A DNA stretch of 64,000 bases, from NCBI GenBank assembly GCA_053919585.1, contig CM132793.1; one strand, 5' to 3'. The notes below the pieces were generated by a model. It ran no database searches and was not told where the DNA came from. It saw only the letters and a list, made by a program, of their open reading frames with translations. Shown piece by piece: positions 13,410 to 26,300 of this stretch (position 1 is its first letter; the number at the start of each line of letters is the position of its first letter). A program made the position numbers and the translations under genes. This stretch comes from Euprymna scolopes. Lineage: Eukaryota.

Positions 13410-14533
13410 CATATTATACGGTATCACTGGTAGAATACTTAACATAATTAAATCCTTCTTAGATAAGAGAAAAATCCAGGTTGTTCTCGACGGTCGTACA
13501 TCTAAACAATATGATATAAATGCGGGGGTGCCCCAGGGTTCTATCCTTGGACCTCTATTGTTCCTGATATTCATAAATGACCTCCCCGACAACATTGCCT
13601 CTGAGATGGGTATATATGCTGATGACACTACACTCTATGGCAGGCACGACAGGAAGACGAATGAACACATTTCTAAAGAAATGGCAGATACACTAGAGGA
13701 AGACCTCCAATCTGTAGTGGAATGGGGACAAAAGTGGTTGGTCGCGTTCAATGCTGCCAAGACTAAACTAGTTTCATTCAATAATTACAAGAAACCCTCT
13801 CTACCACCCATAGCAATGGCCAACGACTCTTTATCTGAGAGTCCATCTTTCAAACTCCTTGGCCTAACGTTCACAGGAAACATGAGTTGGAACAATTACA
13901 TTGAAGGCATTGCCAGGGCCGCTGCAAGAAAGGTGGGCTCTCTTTACCGTGCTAGAAAACTACTAACACCCGAAAGTATCCTGTACCTCTATAAGGCCAC
14001 CATTCGCCCATGTATGGAGTATTGCTGCCACATCTGGGCTGGTGCATCTGCTACTAGTCTCTCGCTCCTTGACAAGGTTCAAAAGAGAGTCGCAAACTTG
14101 ATAGGCCCTGAACTGGCATCTAAGCTTCAGCCTCTGTCCCATCGACGAAATGTTGCATCCCTCTGCCTTTTCTACAAGTATTTTAGTGGTGAATGCTCTG
14201 ACGAACTGCAATCACTTGTGCCCCCACGACGTGTGCACCCTCGACAAACCCGACAGGCTGCTAAATCCCACCCCCACACTGTAGAGATCCCTAGATGTAA
14301 AAGATCTTTTTATTGCAATAGTTTCTTCCCCAGAACCGCTAGACTCTGGAATTCCATTCCAGGTCCCTGCTTCCCCAACAGTACTGACGTGCAGAAGTTC
14401 AAGTGCAACGTGAACCGACACCTTGCTGCCCAATTCCCTACATAGTACCCCAGTAGTTGTTGCCCCTGATAGTAGCCCCCTAGACCAAAGTGGCAATTTG
14501 CCTTGTTTGGGGTGAAAATTAATTTTAAAAAAA
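13410..14533 (+). mobile_element. Young 5'-truncated CR1-group LINE (family A)
   Basis: Begins mid-RT (YGITGRILNIIKSFL), uninterrupted frame to the stop at 14445, intact 3' UTR ending caaagtggcaatttgccttgtttggggtgaaaattaattttaaaaaaa. Confidence 0.95.
13528..14445 (+). CDS. C-terminal half of CR1-group LINE ORF2 reverse transcriptase (open frame of a 5'-truncated copy; the start codon is not genuine)
   Basis: PQGSILGPLLFLIFINDL, YADD catalytic motif, FNAAKTK, KLLGLTF, YCCHIWAGAS, RNVASLCLFYKY, SFFPRTARLWNS. Confidence 0.9.
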   Translation: MPQGSILGPLLFLIFINDLPDNIASEMGIYADDTTLYGRHDRKTNEHISKEMADTLEEDLQSVVEWGQKWLVAFNAAKTKLVSFNNYKKPSLPPIAMANDSLSESPSFKLLGLTFTGNMSWNNYIEGIARAAARKVGSLYRARKLLTPESILYLYKATIRPCMEYCCHIWAGASATSLSLLDKVQKRVANLIGPELASKLQPLSHRRNVASLCLFYKYFSGECSDELQSLVPPRRVHPRQTRQAAKSHPHTVEIPRCKRSFYCNSFFPRTARLWNSIPGPCFPNSTDVQKFKCNVNRHLAAQFPT

Positions 14534-15071
14534 TCAATAATATATTTTTTCATTAGAACATATATGTGCTTTGTGTTTTTTTCAAATTGAAAAAAAAGGT
14601 TACTTCTTAATAAAAATTATCTGTGCAAAATAACGTATCTTTTTTGTATGTTTAAAAAATCTAGTTCTCCTTTTAATCACATTAAACTTTGGAAAACTAT
14701 TTTGTTACATCTCTTTTTTTTCAAATATTTCTACGGATTCTTGGTCTTTAAGCAACCAGATTATTAACAAAAGAGATGAAAAAATATTTAAATATTTGAA
14801 AGAGGTTAAGTTTTACATACGACACACTAATAAATCGCTCCCCCCATTTTCAGAACCAACTTAAATTTTTCACCACTCCTTTCGTCGGTTCGCCATTAGT
14901 GTACATGTTACATTAAAGTTTTCATAAACAGTTGAAAAAGGTCGGCGATTACTTTGCAAAAAAAACGCGTGCCTTGTTTGTGTGAATTCAATTAGGGGTT
15001 TATTTTAAGTCTACAAGCTTGGTGGATTATAAAATAGATTTGCTTTGCTGTAAAACAATAACGAGAACTTG

Positions 15072-15157
15072 ATAATAATAATAATAATAATACTAATACT
15101 ACTACTACTACTGCTACTACTACTACTACTACTACTAATAATAATAATAATAATAAT
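15072..15157. repeat. Compound (AAT)n/(ACT)n trinucleotide microsatellite
   Basis: Direct reading. Confidence 0.9.
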
Positions 15158-17604
15158 TACAGCACCTTTCGAGATCTATGCTCCCAGCTTAATCTCCAGT
15201 CAAAAATGAAATATTACTTTTAGAGGTGGTTAAGATTGAAACCCTTAAAATATTGATTGGAAGAAAAACAGTTATCTTAGTATTTAACGTGAATATGAGT
15301 TTCTAAAATGAATTAAATTTAAAATAATTCGTACTTCTGTTTTGGGACGAAAGCATGCAAAGGCGCCCACGGGTAGTATTGGGACTAGTCTTTTCTTTAA
15401 ATAGGGGATAATCACGGTGAATATGAAACTGAAAAATGCTTTCTGTTTTTTTTTTAAAGATTATTATAGCAAGCCAGTGGAAAGAGTCATTCAAAAGATA
15501 GAAATAAGGACTATAAAACTTTATTTCTATTATATCCAATCTCTTTCTCTATTACTTTGATTGTTATTCATAATTTATAATCTTAGCAAACCCATTATCA
15601 CAGCATCGGCTTAAAGTAAGACATATAAAATCAAAAGTAATATTTTTGTATGTGATAGGGGCGCGTCTAGATTTAATGTTCAGTGTAGAGCAAAATTTAC
15701 CAATGATACTTGACTTTGGCGTTTTAAACTTTAAATAAGTAACTAATTTTATTAAACCAACATTACGTTCTCTACTTTGTAATGTAAACAACAATGTAGT
15801 GTGGACTAAGTCGGTACATGAAGGCATGGAAATATTCCTTCCGGTGCAACGTGATGCCTTTCGATTTGATTGACATTAATAATCGGTTAGTCTGAAACAT
15901 TCGTTCGTCATCATTCAATCTCGCGGGGCGTCGGGTCTCTCTGCAAAAAAGTTATAATTGTAAATTTGGGAAAAACATAAACAAAATCAAAGCAATAATA
16001 ATTTCAAAAATTCTGGCAAACCTAAACAGAAACCTATAGATTGTTTGAAGCAACCGGTGTCTTCTCAGATCATTTTCCTGGTATTAAACTTAACCAATAA
16101 TATAACCTCCGGCGGCATTTTGGATTCCCCAAGTTTATCTATTTATTACATTTCCAGGGGAAAGTACAGAATAGTTTACAAAAGCCGTTATCTTCGTGTT
16201 AAAGGTGGCTTTCTAAATGAGTGTGTTATTATTGCAGAATGCAGCAAAATTTGTAACTTTATTTGGGTAAATTTATATCAGTAATTTGTTTGTTTTTATT
16301 TATTTTAAATCATTATCGTGAGTCGAAAGATATGACACTGTATTGTCGGTCATTTTTGTTATTCTCACGTAACGCTTTACACTACTTGTTTTTCGGACTG
16401 AATAAACGTTTTTAAGTATATTGTAAAACACACCCAACATTTTGCATTAAAATAACTATTTTAATTAATTATTTGTAAATGTAAATGTGTACTTTAATTT
16501 TACGAATTTTCTGTATGAGAACACGTTTTTAATAAGTAAAACCTTTTGTGGAAAAATTAAGTACTTCTTCCCAGCGATTAAATCGTTGAATTATGCTTTC
16601 ATTTTCAAGACTAAAAAAATAAATGAAATTTAGGTAAATACGACTATTTTCAGATTATTAAATATTAATATTTATGATAAAATAATTATTTAATAAAATG
16701 TCATAATAATTTTTCGCTGCCTCTACAGTATTGTAAACTAACTAAACCGAACTTTACTAATACTTTTCCAATATAAAGCTGCTTAGCCTTATTTAAAACA
16801 AGTGAAATGGGGTATACGCCCGCATTTCTCAAACTGCCCTACTTTTCTATTGTCAAAGTGTCATGTTTATCTATTTATTAACGTTTGCCAATTTTACTGG
16901 TGCCGTTCTTACCGTGCCATTTTTACCGTGCCAATTTCCTGGCAGTATGAAAATACACGCTTATTATTTATTAAAAACTTAACTTATATTCTCATACAGA
17001 TAACAATGAAAAACACAATTCTCCATTTTTAGAGGATTACATCTCACATTGAAAAATTTAGTGGTAAAATAAAATAAAAACGAAAAACAATTGGGCAACT
17101 GGTAAGAGAATTGAAAAGAAATGAGTTAAAATGTGTCAAGTTGAAAAGGAGATTGACAGAAAAGCTACAAAACTAATGGATAGAAACACTTCCCGATTGT
17201 GGCAATTGTTATTTAAACCATATTTTATGAAGAACCCCCCAAATAAAATTTATCGAATTTCTATATGTAGCATTGCCTCTCCAAGCCAAAATAAAGTTGT
17301 TTTTATTGGCTTTTATGGTAAGGAAATAAATATTCTAGAGTTCACTTGTATATCAAAATGTATCAGATTATAAAATCTTTTTGCACTTATTTGATAAACG
17401 ACCATATGTTGCTTATTAAAGATTTCACACTTTAATTTCATTTTTCAAATGCTTGAACATTTCCTTTTGGCATTACTTACCTTAGTGTTTTCTGATCACC
17501 ACACCCTCTAAAATATTTAATGCTTCCTTATATTTTGTGTGGTTTTGGCACAAGTAAAAATATACATGAAAATCTAACAAGTTTCTCAAAACCTTGGATA
17601 GAAT

Positions 17605-17832
17605 GGTTCCTGCAAACTCGTACCCGGAATACCCGTTCCCGAAAAACTCGTACACGCAAAACTCGTATTCGAAAATCTCGTACCAAGAAACCTGGCTTCT
17701 TTTTGATTGGTAGGAAAACTGGCCTCTTATTGAATAAGTAGGAGACCAGTTTTCTACCTTGTAACAAGGTGGCAGTTTCCGTGTAAATGTTTTCCGGGTA
17801 CGGGTTTTCCGGGTACGAATTTTCCTATATTC
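17605..17832. mobile_element. Mutator (MULE)-type non-autonomous foldback MITE, 228 bp, with 9-bp TSD
   Basis: GGATAGAAT repeated exactly at 17596-17604 and 17833-17841; left end has ~15-bp repeats (aaaactcgtacccgg), right end has the inverse (ttttccgggtacg); central palindrome ggtaggaaaactgg...ccagttttctacc. Confidence 0.8.
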
Positions 17833-18802
17833 GGATAGAATATATAGATACAAAATTTAGAAGTTTCTTAACTTAAAAAAACGAACTTTTATTTACATTT
17901 AAAATACCTCAAACTGATGATATTCTACTTTTTAAGCGTTTATATGTGAGCACACTGAAACCTAGGTTTAGAAATTATGATAGAGGTTCAATTGTGCATA
18001 ACAAATATATTGGAAAATTATGCCATTTCCGGTACTTTTTAAGCAGTTAAATAATTTTACTATTTATTCTAAGTCCGATCAGAAAACTCATAAAACCACA
18101 TGTTATTGCTTTATTTCTTATATTCCCACCAAAACTTAGGGCTAGAAGGAGACAAGGAGGGTGCTTTTTATGACTTTTAACAATCACATATTTTATACAA
18201 AAGATTGATTTTGAACAGTAAAATTTTCAAGATATAACACAAATAAAATTAGTTTTATGTCCACAAAACATTAGATAAGGTGTGATCATTTTCCGTTAAA
18301 TTTATATACAAAACATAATGTTTGGTGGTTTATTGTATTTTTCCACTTTTTCAAGCTGTTTGCATGTAATCGCCTTAAAATGAAACATTCTGTTTGTCTA
18401 TTAGAACATATGTTAGATATTTATAAATGATAAACACGGTTTTACATACGTAATTTTATGCGTATTGGCTAGATGAACGCATACAGATTCTTGTAAAAAA
18501 AACTTTATATCTATTCTTAAGAAAATATGTTCTTAGTGCGCCCTACAGAGGTTTATCAATCTTTTTTTCTTTTTTGGAAGCTAAACATCGACTGTAACCT
18601 CGTAGTTTGATTTAAAAAAAATAAGTGTGTTTCTTTGTATGTACTTTCATGTTTATTCGCAAAATAGAAATGCATTTTTTTCAGGAGAAATTTGTTTTTT
18701 ATGAAGACATGAAATTTGGCTCATTGGCCTACTTTTGGGCGAACCCAAATGACAGATTGAGATCTTGCGTGATGGCATATAAAATGAATTACTCGACGAT
18801 TG

Positions 18803-21800
18803 GTTGTTGTTGTTCCTCTGCGGGACTTCGGGGATCATCTGTTCAACCTGAAAGGTTGGGTGGAGTGACTCATCATCAGTGAGGGCGGATATTGCTGGTA
18901 AGTCTAATCTTTTCTTGAAAAGTTTTATTACAGGGAATCGTAGCAGATATCGAGGGATTCAAAAATGTCCTACTTGTCCGTTCTGCACTTCTCTACGACA
19001 AATTTCCGACTACTTTCATATTTGCAGGCACCGTCATGAAAAGAGGCCCGCCACTTGGCTCTATTTAAATATGTCTTCTCCCATGAGGTCAGATCAACTT
19101 TAAAGGCCTTCAATGATGTCTCCATAGTGTCTTTAAATCGCTTTCTCTGGCCGCTCTTGGGTAATCTGTAGTTTTACATGCGGGATACATGACCAACCCA
19201 GCGAAGCTGAACCTACATCAAGATAGTAGGGATGATTGGGTGTCCTTTTCTGCCAACCTAGGTAACATTTTTCGTCTGTCTGGTGGTGTGGACGTGATTT
19301 AATTTTCTAGCGTGTTGTAGGCAAACAGTCAACGACTTACATCCAGAGATTAAGGGGTGTGTGTGAGCTTTAGATACGTTGTTCTTTGCCATGGAAGAGA
19401 TGCGTTTTCTTTTTCATATAATCTTGTGGAATCTGCCAAAGGTCGCGCTTGCTTTACCGAGTTTGATGTTGATTTCATCGTCAATGATTACTACTGCAAA
19501 GGTAGGTAAAGTTATCCACCGCATTGAGTCTTTGTCCCCCGATTGAAATGTAGTGTTCTGCATATGTTTTTTTTCCGAAACAGGCTGATACATACCCACA
19601 GTCTTCTTGGCATTGGTTGTGTGACCAACATTTTCGCAGGCCTCTGAGAATATGTTTGCATTGTGTAGCATGCCTTCCTCGGAAGCAGTCTTAAGGGCAC
19701 AGTCATCACCAACCAGAAGCTAATTTACAGTGTGTGATGCAACCCTAGATATTTCTTGTTTGGTTTCAAATCTGTACCTGATTGCAATGACCACATCAGC
19801 GTCTCCGAGGGCATCCGTCAACATCGCAGACAACATGAGGCTGAACAGGGTGGGAGCCAAAACATACCTCTGTTTTACGCCATTCGTTACTAAAAAGGGT
19901 TAGATGCCTCCCCACAAACTTGCACTCTACAAATCATTCAATCAGGAAACTGACATATTATTCTCCAGAGGCCCTCTATGCTTACATTGTCAACCGCTTT
20001 GGTCACATCAACCTTGGTTGAGTAATGTTCTACATGTTGTTTCTAACCACTTTTCCCGGGTCTGCCTAGTACCAGGATCCTCACGGAATCTACACTGGCG
20101 GGTCTAACTAGTACCAGGATCCTCACGGAATCTACATTGGCTTTCGGCAAGAGGTCTTTCTCCAGATAAACTATGAGCCTTTTCTGCATTACTCTAGAAA
20201 GTACCTTTCTTGTAATGCATAGCAGTGATATTCCCCGGTGGTTGTCGCATACTTTGTTGTAACCTTTATGCCTATATAGCTAAGATTTGATATAATCGGA
20301 ACCAGACGATTTCCCAATGGAAAACAGGAAGATTGTTTTCATAGTATCTTCGAGGGTTGGTAGTTCACATTTAATTCCTCATTTTTTGTAATCCGAGGAA
20401 AGTGTTCAATAACCTTATTACTGATGGTAGATCGACGGTTTAGTTAACTATTAAAATGCTCCGCCCATCTTCTTAGTATCGTGTCTTTACCAGTGGGGAT
20501 TGCGGATCTGTCTGCAATGAAGAGAGGTGAGTATTTGGATGAGTTGAAGCATAACACTCCTTTAGACAATCATAGAAGTTTTTATGTCGTACCTATCTGA
20601 ATATATTTGAATATGCTCTGCTTTCTTGTTTAGCCAATATAAATGCATCTGTCTGAGTTTCAACTGAATGTTGCTACGCAAACCTGTCTGCGTTTCTAGC
20701 TTTAGTTTCAATGATGGATTTTTAATATGGGCTTTATATGCAAGATGTTTCCCTTCAGAAACTGGGTAATATCCAGGCAGTCCTCCGCAAACCAGTCATT
20801 GCATTTCCTGGCAACTGACCCTACACAGTCCATCGCTACTTTGTGCACTGCCTCGCAGATAGTCTTCCATGCTGTTTCCATATCTCGGTTGTTTATTTCA
20901 GCAGATTCAAGGAAGTGTGACTGAGTCAGAAAAGGATTTCTGGACAGTTTTTATTTTATTTTAATCTTGTTGACATTAAATCGTTTTGGTGTTCTCTTTC
21001 CTTGATGTCTTCTCTTTGATTGTAAATACAGATTGAGTTAACCACTATAAGACAGAGGTCTGTCCAGCACTCGGCTGCACTCATGACACTAGTTATACGT
21101 ATATCGCGCCTGTCCCGTTCCTGATTATGATATACTCATTCAGATGTCAGTGCTTTACCCGAGGGTGCACCAATGATACCCTTTTCAAATAGGGAGGGGT
21201 GGCACAGTGTGTATTATAAACCGGTCATGCATAGATCAGGTTGTAAGGAGAAGAAGTTTATTGCTATTCCCCTAACCTTAACCCTAACCCCATCACAATT
21301 TCCAAGGCAGCACTGTCACACCTTACTCCTGCATTAAAATCAGTAAGTAGGATGAATGTGTCCAGGTGTAGTGTCGCATCTCTGACGTTATTCAGATCTT
21401 CGTAGAACCCTACTTTGATGTGATCATTATCGTAGGAGCGTATGCACTTACAAGAGAAGCAAACTATTTTCATTGAATAGAGAGAGTCTCAGGGTCATTA
21501 GACCGGCAGTCACTCATTTTGGAGGGCAAGCCAATTTACTCACAAGTGCATTATTTAACGCAAAGCCAACCCCTGCCTAACGCGCCTCCTCAGGCTCCCT
21601 GCCACTCCCAAAGAAGGTGTAGCCCTTACTTCTTTCATTAAGTTCACCATCATTTGCTAGTATTTTTTTCAATTAAAGTAGCAATGCCAATATTGTGCCT
21701 GGTGAGTTCGCTTGTAATGAGTGCAGTGCTTTTTTGTGGTCTTTCAGAGTAATTTTGTCCAAGAGTGTACGGAAATTCCAAGTCGCAATCTTGATAGGTA

Positions 21801-21905
21801 TTTTCTTGTTTCGATTGAATTATAAGAAGGCCTGCTGATCGCGGCAAGCCAGCCAGAATATAGTGGAGCGGACAATGCTTGGGGGTTACTTTTCTAGACC
21901 GTTAC
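18803..21905 (-). mobile_element. Old near-full-length RTE (BovB-like) LINE, pseudogenised
   Basis: Minus strand: RTE 5' UTR motif (ctagaaaagtaacccc...ggctggcttgccgcg), APE (ERPQKSTALITSELTRHNI, LILLTDFNA), RT (GVKQRYVLAPTLFSLMLSAML, DDCAL, IDDEINIKLGKASATFGR, QLRWVGHV), (CAA)n-like tail at ~18803. Confidence 0.85.
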
Positions 21906-22093
21906 CAATGAAAAAATTAAAAATTAGCAAACAAATAAATAAATTTTACGTCCAAATAAAAAAAAGTGGCGACTTTCTAAGAAAAACACGATTTCTCCGA
22001 GGCGGAGACATAAACATTACTATCGTTTAAAAAATCAAAACAAAAACCACTTAAACAGATGACCGATTAAAACGAAGCAGTAAATTGTCTATA

Positions 22094-22208
22094 GCAATAT
22101 AGCGCAGTGGAATAGGGCGCTGGCCTGAAATACATGAAGTCCGAGGTTCGAATCCTACCAACAGTCAAGCTACGCTGAGGAGGAGGGTTCCGATATATGC
22201 GTGTCCGT
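22094..22208 (+). mobile_element. tRNA-derived SINE head (tRNA-Phe-like), body lost in N gap
   Basis: A box TAGCGCAGTGG (22100-22110) and B box GGTTCGAATCC (22145-22155) at tRNA spacing, CTGAAA loop; the acceptor stem does not pair, so this is not a functional tRNA. Confidence 0.7.
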
Positions 22209-22637
22209 NNNNNNNNNNNNNNNNNNNNNNNNNNNNNNNNNNNNNNNNNNNNNNNNNNNNNNNNNNNNNNNNNNNNNNNNNNNNNNNNNNNNNNNNNNNN
22301 NNNNNNNNNNNNNNNNNNNNNNNNNNNNNNNNNNNNNNNNNNNNNNNNNNNNNNNNNNNCAGTTGAAATTAAATCAGTCAATATAGCTTGCGTGCGGTGA
22401 TCATTAAATTATAATCATTAGACCATTCTGAAACTCCTTAGGACGTTTAAAAATAAATGTTTAAATTTCAACGATATTTTTCTGGTTTGACGGTAGCCAT
22501 TTGTATTTGGTCCTTGCTAAATGAATAAAAAATGGGTTTATTGCCGCGTACGTATCTCCTTATCGGCGATAATCGTTACACCGTGGCCTGTTTATTCCTG
22601 AAATTATAAAACATTAGTGGGTGCAGGTATTTCATAA

Positions 22638-25600
22638 CACAGACTCAGAAAAAAATATTTTGTTGCCTGTAACAAAAATGGACATCATTATTTTCTTTAT
22701 ATTTGCCTGTGCTTAATTGACATTTATTAAAAGTTTTACTCCATCACCATTAGTTTTCTGACTTTTAAATACTCACATGTTATTATATACAAATAATACA
22801 TGTTCATATTTAAAGAGTTGTAGCAGCATAAAGAACGCTGAGCGAATCAATATACTTGGATCACACAATTACACATTTCTTATAATAAAGACAGTAAGGC
22901 ATGTGCTTTCTCTTGAAGATCTGATGTTATATACCCCTGGGTCTGCACGCCAGAGCATCAAGCAGACGCCTCCTATCATACGAGGCTCCATTTGCCTTGA
23001 TAGTTGCGCTCTACCTTCCTAATGTATTGGTAGAATATTTTCCCTACATATCGCATACTGTTCTCAGAATTGAGGTGGAAATGAAAAAAAAAACTAAAGT
23101 TATATTCCGCACAGCATATCCTCGTAAGACTTTAGCAAATACTCAAAACAGGCGTGGAAATCTGGTAGGCGAGTGTTACGAACGAAACTCCTAGAGATTG
23201 ACCGGAATGCATCCCATGCTCTCTCAATTCCTTTAGCTTAAGAAGCTCCAGAAATTGTATCCTCAGCACTTCACGGGTTTGAGGTCCGACAAAGATTTCC
23301 TATTTGAGCTTAGCAGCATTAATACCTCGGAACATATATGACAATTGTTGGAAAGCAGTACCATTTTTGTCCAACGCCTTACAAGATTTCTTCATCGAAC
23401 CAAGAGAGGAAAGAAGCATCTTACTGATCTCGACCAACGAGTCTTTCTTAAGCTGCGTTTGCCAGGAACAAAAGTGTTTCTAAAGCCGTAGTCTTTCTGC
23501 TTGTAATGCATGCATAGAGCGCAAATACGCCAGAGGCAGAGAAAGGAAGAGTACGTTGGAAACCGGATAAGCTTGAGGCCCCCACGCAGATTCTCTTAGT
23601 GCTTAATAGCTTCTAATGGAAGATCCATATTGTCATAGGACCATCTAGTTTTGCAGAGATTGACAGAGTACACAATAGGAATGTTGTGATATTTATTCTC
23701 TTTGTGGAGAATAACACACTTGAGACTTTACATGGAAGAGTCTATGATAAGACTCCAGTCTGAAGGATTATGTTGCCATCCAAGGGGCATAATACAGCCA
23801 GGTTTCTTTGCTCAGTAGCACAACTTGTTTTCCCTGGAAGCAAAGTCATTGTTCCGTTTCCTTAACTCGTGATCCTTACATGTTCCTAGAAGAGGTCACA
23901 CTGTTTAATACGAGAAACCAAGAGCTATTACTGATGTTTTGAGAGATAGAACTCACTAGTTTGATCATTCAGGGGTTATTGCATAATCCAGTGTGTCTTG
24001 TTGCCACTTGTTCCTGAATATGTTAGCTCAATATTTTCCAAAGGTATTTACTCGGCAGAATTCTCCCTATGTTAAATGGTAAGGGTTGTCCCGTTTTCAC
24101 GTAAGTAAAATATAGAAAATTAGATAATGTAAATATGAAATATAGAAAATTAGATAATGTAAATATGAAATAGGATAGTAAGGGATTCAAACTTGCGAAG
24201 GTAGACGTGGAATTGATAATTCCAATCATAAGGTAAAATACACACAGAATGTTATTATAAATTGAATGTCCAGAAAATTGTGGATTTTGTTAAAATATTT
24301 AATAAATATAAATTTGTCTGAAACTATTCACATTCTTAAAATAAGAACACATAATAGAAATATGGGTTACAGAATGAACAAATAGGTTAAATTCCATTAT
24401 GAAACAAAGAGAATGGAAAATGTTAGTGTAAAGTGAGTTACATAAAATTAGGTTAGAGAAGGATTCATGACATGGGTCTCATATAGACGTGTTCCGTCAT
24501 GCAATAACGCCAGGTGTTATGAAATTAGTTAGATAAGTTGGAATTAGGACCAGTAAGAGAGAAGAAGCGAGAGGAGTCAGATCAGAGAAGATGAGAAGTT
24601 CAGACCGATTCTCGGTTAGAGTCAAGGCACCCTCTAGGAAGCGAGAGGATTTTAGAAATAACCATGCAGCAACTGTGCATCCCTGAAATACAGAATCATT
24701 TCCGACCGGGAGAAGGATAAATGATCATCATGTGTTTTTATAACTGCTGTCTTTCTGTGTTCATCATTACAACGATAAAGGTAACGTGTTCATACCATAT
24801 GCACATCTGTCGAACGTAAATGTAAAATGCACTCTCGGTCTATCTAGCAAGATATTAAAGAATATCTTCTAGTTGAATTACAGGCTAGGCTCTCTTGTAG
24901 NNNNNNNNNNNNNNNNNNNNNNNNNNNNNNNNNNNNNNNNNNNNNNNNNNNNNNNNNNNNNNNNNNNNNNNNNNNNNNNNNNNNNNNNNNNNNNNNNNNN
25001 NNNNNNNNNNNNNNNNNNNNNNNNNNNNNNNNNNNNNNNNNNNNNNNNNNNNNNNNNNNNNNNNNNNNNNNNNCTTTATATATCCCCTGTTTATGCCTCC
25101 AATATGCTATCTTTAAAACATAAAACTTCTAAGACATATGAACAGTCAACAACATGAACACTCCTTAAACTTTCTCTATCACTCTATGACTCTTAAAAAT
25201 ATGAAAAACAACAAATATATAAGTCGCCATCTATATAAGAACAACATCACAAATACCACTCACGGTATAATACCTATAAGGCATCTCTTCATCGGATGGG
25301 GAAAGAAGATCCATTTTTACTGGAAGTGTGGGTACAGGAAGATCATCTGAATAAGAAACGCTTCTCATAGCAGATCGAAGGTTGATATATTTGATATGTT
25401 TTTTCAAAAGGACATTTAAGCCAGTAATATTATTTAACCAAAATTCCAATAATCTGCGTGGTTTCGCGGTTTCCCCAAAATTCTGAACTTCAAATTTGAA
25501 AGCCGCTCTCTTACCATTAAACCCGCAGTTAGTCCAATGTAGGAAGGTTTACTACAGATGTGTGTTACATTATAGTCCTTCTGATAACCAAAGACGATTC

Positions 25601-26300
25601 TGAAGAGAGGAGTAATGTTTCGACGCGGTTGTAAATCCTGCACATGAAGCCAGAAGAATTTTGCTTCTTAAGGCATCCTTGATGTTTTTATCTGCTTGAA
25701 GAAAATTGAAGAATCAGAAAATATAACAAATAACAATAATTTATATGCAAGGCAATAAAATGTGCATTTGATGTATGAGACGATTATTAAGGGAAACAGA
25801 CCACCTGCCTCGCAATCGAGACATCCTTTTCCAATAACTGCCATAGCATATAACTACTGACTGAAGATTGGCACGAGTTGCCTTAACCTCCANNNNNNNN
25901 NNNNNNNNNNNNNNNNNNNNNNNNNNNNNNNNNNNNNNNNNNNNNNNNNNNNNNNNNNNNNNNNNNNNNNNNNNNNNNNNNNNNNNNNNNNNNNNNNNNN
26001 NNNNNNNNNNNNNNNNNNNNNNNNNNNNNNNNNNNNNNNNNNNNNNNNNNNNNNNNNNNNNNNNNNNNNNNNNNNNNNNNNNNNNNNNNNNNNNNNNNNN
26101 NNNNNNNNNNNNNACTTAAAACAATAACTAAAAAGCCATTACCTCACAATAATATAATTAATCATATATGCACAATATGCACACTATGCCTGCCTAAAAT
26201 ACAAGAAATGATGAGTAAATACGTGTTTTCCATTTGAAACCATCACCTGCAAATGACCTAAAAACGGGTATTTTGGAGTATCTTTGTAAACTAGATAAAT
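22638..26300 (-). mobile_element. Decayed Chapaev3 (CMC) DNA transposon, interrupted by an insertion
   Basis: Transposase motifs from ~25680 to ~22890: RRNITPL, THICS, KPRNHAD, KHIKYINLRSAMRSVSYSDDLPVP, HWIMQ*PLND..YLSK..LLVSRIKQ, HNPSDWSLIIDSS..SLKCVILH; candidate CAC terminus with aaaaaaatattttgttg at 22638; right boundary approximate. Confidence 0.8.
24021..25251. mobile_element. Probable solo LTR inserted into the Chapaev3 transposase
   Basis: Starts TGT, ends ACA, flanked by AATA (24017-24020 and 25252-25255); removing it rejoins the two transposase halves; contains a 30-bp tandem duplication (~24108-24170) and an N gap. Confidence 0.5.

Noticed and set aside
22094-22166. Possible tRNA-Phe gene
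   Set aside because: Acceptor and anticodon stems do not pair and there is no T-run terminator; better explained as a SINE head
25861-25892. CTGAAGA plus a TGGCA/TGCC stem, hammerhead-like
   Set aside because: GAAA core replaced by TTAAC and the rest is lost in a gap; insufficient support
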